From: a virus
Lineage: Duplodnaviria > Heunggongvirae > Uroviricota > Caudoviricetes
IMG/VR virus record: IMGVR_UViG_3300042474_001151
Coordinates: 112,431-176,430 of that record
Direction: 5' to 3' (one strand)
DNA: 64,000 bases
Positions within the stretch are counted from its first letter, which is position 1, and every line of letters begins with the position of its first letter. Under the pieces are notes generated by a model, which was not told the origin of the DNA, searched no databases, and saw nothing but the letters and a program-made list of their open reading frames with translations. This document shows positions 10,393 through 19,619 of this stretch, piece by piece. The translations under genes were made by a program, and so were the position numbers.

Positions 10393-10668
10393 CTATTTTT
10401 TTGGTCTAGCAAATAATTTAAATGTTTTACCTGATGTCGGGTCGGTAAACTTAATATAACCCTCGTTAGTATTTTGTATCCTAATAATAACCTCAGGTGA
10501 TTCTACGGTTTCATCAGCTGTTGTGAATAATTGAGGTTCATCATTATCAAATTGAATCATCCATTCACATGGCATATAAATTTCAATTTTTGGCCCATCA
10601 TCAATTGTTAATTTGTCAATAACCGATTGTAATAATTCCTCCTTTATTTTTTTTCTACCTCTTGCCAT
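10393..10668 (-). CDS. Small hypothetical protein, paralog of 10154..10390
   Basis: Shared C-terminal ...TFKLFARPKK. Confidence 0.45.
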   Translation of the reverse strand: MARGRKKIKEELLQSVIDKLTIDDGPKIEIYMPCEWMIQFDNDEPQLFTTADETVESPEVIIRIQNTNEGYIKFTDPTSGKTFKLFARPKK

Positions 10669-10669
10669 A

Positions 10670-11917
10670 TTATTTAATTTTTGTTAATTTAGGTAAAATT
10701 AGTTTTTGTTCTTTTGGTTGTATTGAGAATGGATTGATGATGTCTTTAAACTTCTCTTTCATTTTTTCCATTGAGAATTTTTCTTTATTCTCATCACCCA
10801 ACATCATAGACTTTTCTAAAAACTTATCATAGTCTTTGTAAACCAATTTAAAAACTTCAGTCACTTCGTTGTAATTTGCGGTAAACCATTTAGAATCTTT
10901 TAATATGAAAGTATCGACTGCACTTTCGTGAACCTCAGTTAATTTTCCACCAATCATAATTGCTTTATCCATCGGTAAGAAATCCTTATGTCCCGACCAG
11001 TTTGATGCAATCACAGGTTTACCCGTCATCGTAAATTCTAATAAAGGTCTACCAAACCCTTCACCTTTTGTAATCGTAACCATTGATTTAACTTTAGGAT
11101 GATTATATAAATTGTTCATCTCATCATTAGTTAAATCACCAAACAACAAATAGATTGATGGTGGATTTTCATAACCACTTACTAACCCTTCTATCTTCTT
11201 TCTAAAACTTTCTCTTTCTTTGATTGAGAATGATGCTGATGATGTTTTAAGGATAAGTGCAGGTCTATCCTCAACACCCTTAAACGATTCGGCGAAACAT
11301 CTAATCAACATACCAACATCTTTTCTATCTTGACCTGTGTCACCCTTTAACCAATGACCAACAAACAAGTAAGCAAAATCTTCTTTGATGTCAATGTCAA
11401 TGTTGTTATAAACGTTGTTGTATATTTTGGTATCAACACCTTCGAATAGTACTTCTATCTGTCTTTCGATTTTGTGTTGTTTGATTAACTTACCCGTGTT
11501 TTGTTCATTCTCATTATAAACTGTTTGTAACAAAACATCTTTTGAAAACGTGGACGTTGTAATGATTAAATCCATTCTATTACAACCATCAATCCAATCC
11601 TTAGGTGCGATAGTTGTTTCAATACCAGCAGTAATTCCGATATTAAATTTACCAACTCTTTGGAATTCATTTGGAACGGTTACTTGAACGTAAATGTCTG
11701 GTGTCTTTTCTAACTGACTAACAATATTAGACTCAATCCATTTATGAAATAAATTATCTTCCAATGCTGTCATCGGGGTTGAACCCCACATACAACTATC
11801 AATCTTAATTTCAAACAAATCCATTTCATAAAGTGCTTGTAACAAATCTCTTGAGTGTGCACCGTATCCACTTCTTGTTTTAACTGGTCCCCTAAATAAT
11901 AAAAATGGTTTGTTCAT
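10670..11917 (-). CDS. GT-B (GT1/GT4-like) glycosyltransferase
   Basis: C-terminal GEGFGRPLLEFTMTGKPVIAS resembles the EX7E motif of retaining GT4 enzymes. Confidence 0.6.
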   Translation of the reverse strand: MNKPFLLFRGPVKTRSGYGAHSRDLLQALYEMDLFEIKIDSCMWGSTPMTALEDNLFHKWIESNIVSQLEKTPDIYVQVTVPNEFQRVGKFNIGITAGIETTIAPKDWIDGCNRMDLIITTSTFSKDVLLQTVYNENEQNTGKLIKQHKIERQIEVLFEGVDTKIYNNVYNNIDIDIKEDFAYLFVGHWLKGDTGQDRKDVGMLIRCFAESFKGVEDRPALILKTSSASFSIKERESFRKKIEGLVSGYENPPSIYLLFGDLTNDEMNNLYNHPKVKSMVTITKGEGFGRPLLEFTMTGKPVIASNWSGHKDFLPMDKAIMIGGKLTEVHESAVDTFILKDSKWFTANYNEVTEVFKLVYKDYDKFLEKSMMLGDENKEKFSMEKMKEKFKDIINPFSIQPKEQKLILPKLTKIK

Positions 11918-11918
11918 A

Positions 11919-13319
11919 TTATATAATCTTGTATAAATTAAATTTACTTCTCGGCTTAAAATTCTCTAAGGTTTGTTCGATACCCTCAATCATTTTATCA
12001 CACATTATTTTATTTGATAGATTGTTAATTACAAATTCTCTACCCTTTAATCCTTTTTCCTTTCTTTTCTTTTTACTTAGTTTGTACATTTTCATGATGG
12101 CGTTTGCAACATCATTATCATTAACTCTATCATCAAAGATATATGGTGTAGGAACTGAACCATTTAAATTAATTGCTGATGACCAAACAGGTTCAACCCA
12201 ATCACCATGATTTATATTACCATGTACTTCTTTATTGTGAAGTGTACCTACTTCGATATAGTCATCTGCACTAAAATCAAACCCACATTGGTCTTGTAAT
12301 CCACCAGTAACATTAACAATGATTGGTACACCTGCCATTAAACTCTCTGCGGTTGTTAAACCAAATCCTTCATTGTTTGCAATGTTAATTGTACAATCAA
12401 CACCGTTATAGATCTCATTTAACTTATCTTGTTCTAATTTTAAATTTGTAAACTTAACATCGTAATCTTTACAAACAGCATCAATTACGGCAGGTAAATC
12501 AGTACCATTCTCATCAACAGGATTTGTGTGCATTAATAACAAACACTTATCTGCTTTTTCTTTTGGTAACATATCACAGAACAATCTAAATGAATAAATC
12601 ACATCACTTGGTTGCTTCCTTCTAATATTTCTATTGTTGAAGAATAAAACAAAATCATATTTTTTATCTCCATGAATTAAATTATTAACGTCATCCGATA
12701 TTCTATCCAATGGTTTAAATAAATCAGGATTAATGCCGTGAGGAACATAACTAATTTGCCAATCTTTCAATGGATTGAAAGTTACTTTATCGGTTCTCTT
12801 ACCAACACGATGTACAATACCATACGTTTGTTTAGATATACAACCTAACCAATCGCAAGATTCAAAAACATCTCTATTATATTGTGGGTCTGGTAAATCA
12901 TCCCATATATGATAAAATAATATTGGAGTGTGTTGTCTTATTTCGTGTTCCACATCGTACAACCACTGCCAATAATGTGGGTCAGTAAAGTGTAAAATGG
13001 CGTCAGGTTTTTCTTCATCTATTAATTTACGAAGAATACCAACGTCACCATAACCATTATATGGAATAATTTTCAAATTAGCATCTTTAACACCAGTCCT
13101 TGTTCTAATATCGTCGTTAACATCAACAACTTTACCAAACTCTGGATGTTTAATTGCCGCACCTAATTGTACCCAATCATATTTGTGAATGGTACCCATC
13201 ACAATTTCTTTCGACATTGTGGCAATACCACTTGTCATTCTTAAATCATCAGATAGTAATAATATTTTTTTCTTCATATTAAAATTTGGATCCCCTAATC
13301 CCAAGAGTTTTATGGTCAT
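11919..13319 (-). CDS. GT-B (GT1/GT4-like) glycosyltransferase
   Basis: NNEGFGLTTAESLMAGVPIIV EX7E motif. Confidence 0.7.
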   Translation of the reverse strand: MTIKLLGLGDPNFNMKKKILLLSDDLRMTSGIATMSKEIVMGTIHKYDWVQLGAAIKHPEFGKVVDVNDDIRTRTGVKDANLKIIPYNGYGDVGILRKLIDEEKPDAILHFTDPHYWQWLYDVEHEIRQHTPILFYHIWDDLPDPQYNRDVFESCDWLGCISKQTYGIVHRVGKRTDKVTFNPLKDWQISYVPHGINPDLFKPLDRISDDVNNLIHGDKKYDFVLFFNNRNIRRKQPSDVIYSFRLFCDMLPKEKADKCLLLMHTNPVDENGTDLPAVIDAVCKDYDVKFTNLKLEQDKLNEIYNGVDCTINIANNEGFGLTTAESLMAGVPIIVNVTGGLQDQCGFDFSADDYIEVGTLHNKEVHGNINHGDWVEPVWSSAINLNGSVPTPYIFDDRVNDNDVANAIMKMYKLSKKKRKEKGLKGREFVINNLSNKIMCDKMIEGIEQTLENFKPRSKFNLYKII

Positions 13320-13476
13320 CTATTATTCCTTTGAACTTTTCATCTTTAGTATATAAATCAATACATCTATTTACTAATTTTTGTAAGTTCATATCAGTTT
13401 CAATAGTTGTTTTTTTAAATCCAACATAAACATCTTTCAATATGTTAACACTGGTTAATTTTACATCATTTTTCAT
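13279..13476 (-). CDS. Small hypothetical protein
   Basis: 65-aa ORF between the GT gene and the GIY-YIG gene, overlapping both ends. Confidence 0.3.
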   Translation of the reverse strand: MKNDVKLTSVNILKDVYVGFKKTTIETDMNLQKLVNRCIDLYTKDEKFKGIIDDHKTLGIRGSKF

Positions 13477-13790
13477 TTATTAAACATTTTATTTATTTTT
13501 AGATATGGGTCGAAAATAATTTTATCTCCTATGTTATGTTCTTTTAAAATGTAATCATTTTTTCTAACATTTAAAAGTTTATGACCCTCACTTATGTGTT
13601 TATTTATCGATTCATCTTCCCTGTCTATGAATTTATCTATTATTTCCATAAAGAATTTTACATTTATAAATTTGCCTACACACCTATGACCATAAAATCT
13701 TTTCTGTGGATCATTAGTTTTACCAACATAGAAAATATCATTTGTTTCTTCCCTTATTAGTTTATATAGATATGTATAGTTTATATTCAT
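13473..13790 (-). CDS. GIY-YIG nuclease-domain protein (short, domain only)
   Basis: YLYKLIREETNDIFYVGKTNDPQKRFYGH matches the GIY...YIG...R...H pattern. Confidence 0.5.
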   Translation of the reverse strand: MNINYTYLYKLIREETNDIFYVGKTNDPQKRFYGHRCVGKFINVKFFMEIIDKFIDREDESINKHISEGHKLLNVRKNDYILKEHNIGDKIIFDPYLKINKMFNK

Positions 13791-14125
13791 ATATAATAAA
13801 TATATACAAAACGATTAAAAAAATATCGTCAATTAAGACGATACTTCATTTAATCGTTAGTATAAACGATATTATTGATTATTTAAACGGTCGATAATTG
13901 CATCAACCCCCGTTTGATTTGTTGTCGGTGCAGGTGCTGGTTGTGTGACAACAGGTGTTCCCGTTTCGGTTAATGTTATGTTCGTCGGTTGAACAGGTTG
14001 TGAGTTAGAATTGTTTTTTTTGCATCCGCAGCCCATGGTATTTCTTTTTTTTATAAATATTTTGGTTTATTGTTTTTTATTTCCTATATTTTACTAAAGT
14101 ATACAAAAAAAATATCAAAAAACAA

Positions 14126-14839
14126 ATGGAAAAAGACTTTAAACCTGTAAAAAGTGTTTACAACAGTAACTACGACGCAATTAAAAACATTATGTTTCTC
14201 TATAATATCGAAAGATTCGATTTAGATTGTACATATTCAAAAGGTAATTTTTGGAAAGATTTACCATCACCGATTAATAAATCCGACATTTATCCTGTTA
14301 ATGATACGGTTGTGGAATGTAGTTCAGAGAATTTGTCGTTTGCAGACGGAACGATGAAAAGTATTATGTTTGACCCACCTTTTGTTATTGCTGGTAAGTC
14401 TTATCGTGATAATAAAGAGGGTAGTTCGATTATAGCAAAGAGATTTGAGGGTTATGAGTCATATAACCACCTAAAAAACCACTATTTTAACACATTGAAG
14501 GAATTGTACCGAGTTTGTGAGAAAGGTGGTTACGTAGTCTTTAAATGTCAAGACACGGTATCCGGAGGCAAGAATCATTTTTCTCACGTTATGGTTATGA
14601 ATATGGCACAGGAATTAGGATTCTATCCGAGAGACTTATTCATCCTCACATCAAACGTCCGTATTAATAGCTTTGGTACCAAGTGGACTAAACAAGAACA
14701 CGCTCGAAAATATCACAGTTATTTTTGGGTGTTTGAAAAGGTTAAACCAAGAGTGAAATACGATAGTCCTATCGAACAGGATTCTGAGGAGAACCAAGAT
14801 ACATTGCAACACGATCACCCACTTTCCAACCATCAGTAG
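14126..14839 (+). CDS. DNA methyltransferase, N6-adenine/N4-cytosine class (DPPF motif)
   Basis: SIMFDPPFV catalytic motif IV; SAM-dependent MTase architecture. Confidence 0.7.
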   Translation: MEKDFKPVKSVYNSNYDAIKNIMFLYNIERFDLDCTYSKGNFWKDLPSPINKSDIYPVNDTVVECSSENLSFADGTMKSIMFDPPFVIAGKSYRDNKEGSSIIAKRFEGYESYNHLKNHYFNTLKELYRVCEKGGYVVFKCQDTVSGGKNHFSHVMVMNMAQELGFYPRDLFILTSNVRINSFGTKWTKQEHARKYHSYFWVFEKVKPRVKYDSPIEQDSEENQDTLQHDHPLSNHQ

Positions 14840-15134
14840 TTCCTGCAGGAAATTCTATTACGTGGTCACCAATACCGGTGTAACGAGGTAGAGTCATCCT
14901 ATGTGAATCTTCAACAGGACAATTGGAATGAATACGATTGATACGGTTGTTAAGTACAAAGACAATATCAAGTGGGATTAGACAATTCTTCATCCAAAAT
15001 GAATGATGACCTTTTCCCATCTTAAAAACCATACAACCGTCTAACGACTTTCTACCCATCATACCACGACTTATGTCCTCTGGTTGGGATAGATATTCGG
15101 CATTAAAGGTTTTGTTGTTGATGTGAACTGACAT
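14769..15134 (-). CDS. DUF192-family protein
   Basis: GMMGRKSLDGCMVF...FWMKNCLIPLDIVF matches the DUF192 signature. Confidence 0.6.
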   Translation of the reverse strand: MSVHINNKTFNAEYLSQPEDISRGMMGRKSLDGCMVFKMGKGHHSFWMKNCLIPLDIVFVLNNRINRIHSNCPVEDSHRMTLPRYTGIGDHVIEFPAGTTDGWKVGDRVAMYLGSPQNPVR

Positions 15135-15174
15135 AACTATAATTATTTGGTTTTTTTAAAATAATTTATTATAT

Positions 15175-15447
15175 TTGAGCATGGAAAGAATTTTTGGTGG
15201 TTTAATAGAATTCGAAGATACGGAAGAATTTGACCGATTCGTACTGAATATTGATGAGGAATCCGCATTAACGATAATTGAAAAGGCTTTGGAGTTCTGT
15301 AATCAAAATAGAATGTTTAACTTAATGGAAGCCAATACGTTATATAAATGTTTAACTAAATTAAAAGAAAATGAAAATCAGATTAAAAGAAATCATCTAC
15401 ATAATGATGATAGTGACGGGGATATTAGTTCAGAAATACGGTCTTAA
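15175..15447 (+). CDS. Hypothetical protein
   Basis: ORF only. Confidence 0.4.
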   Translation: MSMERIFGGLIEFEDTEEFDRFVLNIDEESALTIIEKALEFCNQNRMFNLMEANTLYKCLTKLKENENQIKRNHLHNDDSDGDISSEIRS

Positions 15448-15551
15448 AGGTACCGACCCTGAATTAGTAAAATATTTTGGATGGGGAGTGATATCACTTG
15501 GTTCATTTAACTTAGTGTTAGATTATTTTAGAAAACCTAAAAAGAAATAAT

Positions 15552-16130
15552 ATGCCAAAACGTACTAAAAAATGGGAGAAAGACTTTGAGAAAAGATACT
15601 CCAACGCAATTAAAGAATTGCAATCATTAGAGAAAGAATACAAACAAATGAGAGAAGAAAATACCGATGGTTATTGGTTAGGTCTTTATCCGGGTGAATC
15701 GTTTGTAGACTTTGGGGATTGTGACAATTATAGTGTTAGTTATGTAAAGGAAAATCAATATAAAGAAAGTGATTCCGAACACGTATCAATTACTCTTAAT
15801 TCAGATTTAGGAAGTTTTAGTTTTGATTTCAATTCCTTAAAACAACTTAAATCATTTAGAAACGATATCATTGAAGAATGTGATAAAATGAGTAGAGAGG
15901 ATGTATCGGTAAGTATTGATACTGAGGAGTGTGAGGAAGAAGAAGGTTGGGAAGATAATGAAGAACAAGAGTACACAATCCAATGTTCAAGAACTGCAGT
16001 TCAAACTTGGACCCATACCGTAATGGCAAGAAGTACCTGTGAAGCATATAGAAAAGCTCAAGATGGCGAAGGTCACGATGAAAATGATGACTTTGATCAA
16101 TATGGTGATATCGATTGGGAAGAAATTTAA
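15552..16130 (+). CDS. Acidic hypothetical protein
   Basis: 192 aa, rich in D/E. Confidence 0.5.
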   Translation: MPKRTKKWEKDFEKRYSNAIKELQSLEKEYKQMREENTDGYWLGLYPGESFVDFGDCDNYSVSYVKENQYKESDSEHVSITLNSDLGSFSFDFNSLKQLKSFRNDIIEECDKMSREDVSVSIDTEECEEEEGWEDNEEQEYTIQCSRTAVQTWTHTVMARSTCEAYRKAQDGEGHDENDDFDQYGDIDWEEI

Positions 16131-16141
16131 ACAAATACAAT

Positions 16142-16345
16142 ATGCCAAAATTTATTATTATTGCTGAACGTTATGTGGAAGAGGCTTGGACCCTTCACGT
16201 TGAGGCTGAAACTGCAGAAGAAGCATTACAAAAAGTTGAAGATTGTCCTTGGGACGAATGTGATGATGTAGACCACCAACAAGATGTTACATCATATAGA
16301 GATGAGGTCGAGTACCGTTTTGATGGAGAAATTGAAGAAGAATAA
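16142..16345 (+). CDS. Acidic hypothetical protein
   Basis: Start chosen at MPKFII to avoid overlap. Its ATATGCCAAAA start context recurs at 15552 and 32165. Confidence 0.4.
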   Translation: MPKFIIIAERYVEEAWTLHVEAETAEEALQKVEDCPWDECDDVDHQQDVTSYRDEVEYRFDGEIEEE

Positions 16346-16438
16346 TGTACATTAAACAAACAATATTATATGTTTTCATTATAATGATATGTTCAATATG
16401 GATAACATATGATATTATAAAAAATAAAAAGAAATAGT

Positions 16439-16729
16439 ATGGACTTAACCGCAGAAATGGAAAATTACAACAAAGTTAAAGACATTGTACTAAGCAAATT
16501 AGTAAGTGAGGGACTATTAGACGAATCTGATTCAGAAGAATTTTCTGAAAGATGTCAAGTTTTAGCTTACAAAGGTAAATGGTTTAGTAAATGGTTTGAC
16601 AAGAATGTGAAATCAGAAAATTCTAAATCAGATCCTAACGGTTATTACATTCGTATAATTGAAATGAAGGAGAGGGAAGATGATGTTGATAAATTATTAA
16701 GAAGAACGACCGGCAACTACGATGAGTAA
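16439..16729 (+). CDS. Hypothetical protein
   Basis: ORF only. Confidence 0.45.
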   Translation: MDLTAEMENYNKVKDIVLSKLVSEGLLDESDSEEFSERCQVLAYKGKWFSKWFDKNVKSENSKSDPNGYYIRIIEMKEREDDVDKLLRRTTGNYDE

Positions 16730-17024
16730 TTATTTATTGATTTTAGTATTTCAAATTATGTTTAATATCTTCAAAGTTATGGAGATAAAATTTACATATG
16801 AGAATAACATTAAAAGTTTATTGGTTAATAGTTTTTGGATAAGTCTTGTCTCATTGGGTGCAACATACTACTCATTAGATGGATTATTCAAAGGAGATTA
16901 CTTAGGGGTTGTATTTTATATTGCCGGAAGTATTATTGGGAAATGGTTCGCAATGGTTCATTACGAAAAAATAAAAGATAAATTTAAACCATTCTTTAAA
17001 AAAAATGAAAAAGAAATATTATAA
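16722..17024 (+). CDS. Small membrane protein
   Basis: Two to three hydrophobic helices. Confidence 0.45.
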   Translation: MSNYLLILVFQIMFNIFKVMEIKFTYENNIKSLLVNSFWISLVSLGATYYSLDGLFKGDYLGVVFYIAGSIIGKWFAMVHYEKIKDKFKPFFKKNEKEIL

Positions 17025-17194
17025 AGATTTTTTTATCTATAAAAAGAGACATCATTGGTTCTTAATACCAACAATTGTTTTTTTTTACAATAAAACCGAG
17101 TTCCTTGAAACTGGTGTCCACACACCATCTTGGGGATTAACTGTTAGATGGTTACAATATATGGTTGGGGTTCAGATACAAAAAATTTATTAAT

Positions 17195-17563
17195 ATGAAA
17201 AATAAAGATACAAGTCTATTAGCATTCGGGGCGATTGTTTCCCTATTTGGGGTATTTGTTTCATTAATGTATTTTAATGATAAACCCACACCAGTTGTGA
17301 CAACAACAATCTGTAAGGAAGATTCATTACAAAACGTAATTAATGAATTACAAATGGATTTGAAAATGCAATCAGATGGTTTTGATTTCAAAGAAAGAAG
17401 ATATTCTGAAATTTTATTTGAATATGAATATGGGGTTGACCATTTAAAAAATTATCAACCACAAGCATATAGAGAGTTTCATAGAATTTTATCCCATAAG
17501 GAAAATTTTAGCAGACAAGACGAACAAGATAATATTAAAAGATTAGAAACACCAAAATGGTAA
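17195..17563 (+). CDS. Signal-anchored hypothetical protein
   Basis: Start chosen at MKNKDTSLLAFGAIVSLFGVFV, an N-terminal TM segment. Confidence 0.45.
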   Translation: MKNKDTSLLAFGAIVSLFGVFVSLMYFNDKPTPVVTTTICKEDSLQNVINELQMDLKMQSDGFDFKERRYSEILFEYEYGVDHLKNYQPQAYREFHRILSHKENFSRQDEQDNIKRLETPKW

Positions 17564-18708
17564 ACATGAATAGATTAGATAAAAGATATCAAGATTTATT
17601 ACAAGATATTTTAGATAATGGAGTCGTAAAAACGGACAGAACTGGTACAGGTACAATATCGGTATTTGGTAGACAAATTAAACATAAGATGTCACAAGGG
17701 TTTCCATTACTTACCACAAAGAAAATTGCGTGGAAAACAATGGTAACCGAGTTGTTATGGTTTCTACGAGGGGATACCAATATCAAATACCTTGTCGATA
17801 ATGGTTGTAACATTTGGAATGGTGATGCATTTAAGAACTACACTAAAAAAATTAATGATGTTATTGATGGATATAAGTGTGGTGACATAATGGGGATGCA
17901 ACCACACATGGAAGTGTGGTTTAGTGATTCTGATAAATTAACACCATTAACTCAAGAAGAGTTTATTGACAAAATAAAAACGAATGATGAGTTTGCTGAA
18001 CGATGGGGTGAGTTAGGACCAATATATGGTAAACAATGGAGAAGTTGGTTAAAAGTGGGTGAAGAGGTTGATCAAATTCAAAACCTAATTGATGAACTTA
18101 AAACAAATCCAGATAGTAGAAGACTAATGGTGTCCGCATGGAATGTCGGTGAGTTAAACCATATGATTCTTCCCCCTTGTCATTACGGGTTTCAAGTTTA
18201 TACCAGAGAATTAACCGGTGAAGAAAGATGGGACTTACTGAAGAAGAAGGTAGGTGAAGAAAGATTTCAATTAATGGTAGAAGATATTGTTCCATTTGGT
18301 GGTGGATTAAGTGAGGAGTTACAAGTATATAATATCCCTAAACGAGCAATATCATTAATGTGGAATCAAAGATCTGTGGATACATTCTTAGGATTACCAT
18401 TCAACATCGCATCATATGGTTTGTTATTGGAAATTTTTGCTAGAGAAGTGAACATGATTCCAGAAGATTTGATTGGTAATTTGGGAGATGTACACTTATA
18501 TAAAAATCACATCGAACAAGCTAAGGAACAAATTAATAGAGAACCATATAGGAATCTACCTAAATTGGGATTCAGTCCAATACCATTGGCACACTTTGAA
18601 CATCATGTGGATAGTTTTAATGATTTTGTAAATCGTTTACAACCACACCAATTCATTATTGACGAGTACGAAAGTCATCCACCAATAAAAGCCCCATTAA
18701 GTAATTAA
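17557..18708 (+). CDS. thyA: Thymidylate synthase (ThyA family) with two large insertions
   Basis: RTGTGTISVFG, GELGPIYGKQWR, PPCHYGFQVY and DLIGNLGDVHLY motifs. 383 aa, with inserts of about 50 aa each. Confidence 0.9.
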   Translation: MVNMNRLDKRYQDLLQDILDNGVVKTDRTGTGTISVFGRQIKHKMSQGFPLLTTKKIAWKTMVTELLWFLRGDTNIKYLVDNGCNIWNGDAFKNYTKKINDVIDGYKCGDIMGMQPHMEVWFSDSDKLTPLTQEEFIDKIKTNDEFAERWGELGPIYGKQWRSWLKVGEEVDQIQNLIDELKTNPDSRRLMVSAWNVGELNHMILPPCHYGFQVYTRELTGEERWDLLKKKVGEERFQLMVEDIVPFGGGLSEELQVYNIPKRAISLMWNQRSVDTFLGLPFNIASYGLLLEIFAREVNMIPEDLIGNLGDVHLYKNHIEQAKEQINREPYRNLPKLGFSPIPLAHFEHHVDSFNDFVNRLQPHQFIIDEYESHPPIKAPLSN

Positions 18709-18709
18709 T

Positions 18710-18958
18710 ATGTTTATCCATATTACACCAGACGAATTAGAAGAGGAATTTAGAGAGTCCTGGAAATTAGGACATATTATACACCCATCGATTGATTATG
18801 CTGATAATGCAATTTATGCCGTTTTTGAAGGTAAATTGGTAATAATATTCAGATTTAAGAAGTATGGGTGGATTAATGATAACCGACAGAATACTTACAA
18901 TGTGAGCGCGGGGTCCGCGGGGATAACAATTAACATAATAAAAAATGAAACAAATTAA
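18710..18958 (+). CDS. Hypothetical protein
   Basis: ORF only. Confidence 0.4.
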   Translation: MFIHITPDELEEEFRESWKLGHIIHPSIDYADNAIYAVFEGKLVIIFRFKKYGWINDNRQNTYNVSAGSAGITINIIKNETN

Positions 18959-19424
18959 AATTTTAATAATATTAATGTTCACATTGAATATTAATTCTAT
19001 GGCACAAAATCAGTTTTCAGATTATGTGACTCATTTAAAGAACGACACCTTAAATTTAAAACGATTAGAATCATTTGTTATGGAGTGGTATGGAATCAAA
19101 TATCAATTAGGTGGAAACACAAAAAACGGTATTGACTGTTCCCAATTTGCCAAAAAACTTTATTGGGAGGTATATGGTAAGAAACTAAATAACACTTGTG
19201 CGGAACAATGGAAACAAACAAATAGAATTAAAAAAGATAGTTTAATGGTTGGGGACATAGTCTTCTTTAGAAGTACTCAAAGTCCAAGTGGATGGCATTG
19301 TGGGGTGTATTTGGGTAGGGATACCTTTGTACATGCGGCAAATAAGAAAGAAGGGGTCAAGATAAGCAGCTTATCCGAACCCCGTTATCTTAGTTCATAT
19401 AAGGGTGCAGGACGTTTGAATTAA
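18945..19424 (+). CDS. Secreted NlpC/P60 (C40) cell-wall peptidase
   Basis: Signal peptide; YGIKYQLGG...GIDCSQF Cys motif; HCGVYLG His. Confidence 0.75.
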   Translation: MKQIKILIILMFTLNINSMAQNQFSDYVTHLKNDTLNLKRLESFVMEWYGIKYQLGGNTKNGIDCSQFAKKLYWEVYGKKLNNTCAEQWKQTNRIKKDSLMVGDIVFFRSTQSPSGWHCGVYLGRDTFVHAANKKEGVKISSLSEPRYLSSYKGAGRLN

Positions 19425-19549
19425 CGTCCCTGACCTTTGTATTTCTTTGGTTTTTGATCTTTAGGACCGTAAGATTTACGAGCTTTACCTGTTGTCTTTT
19501 TACCAAATGATACTTTCATTGCCGAAGAACTCCCTTTTGCCTTTGCCAT
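19421..19549 (-). CDS. Possible 42-aa highly basic small protein
   Basis: MAKAKGSSSAMKVSFGKKTTGKARKSYGPKDQKPKKYKGQGR. Not in the ORF track because it is under 60 aa. Convergent with the NlpC gene across an imperfect GGACGTT..AACGTCC hairpin. Confidence 0.3.
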   Translation of the reverse strand: MAKAKGSSSAMKVSFGKKTTGKARKSYGPKDQKPKKYKGQGR

Positions 19550-19619
19550 AATATATATTTTATATTAATAAGTATTTCTTAAATATTTTTTGTATATTTG
19601 TCTCGTAAACTATTGAACA

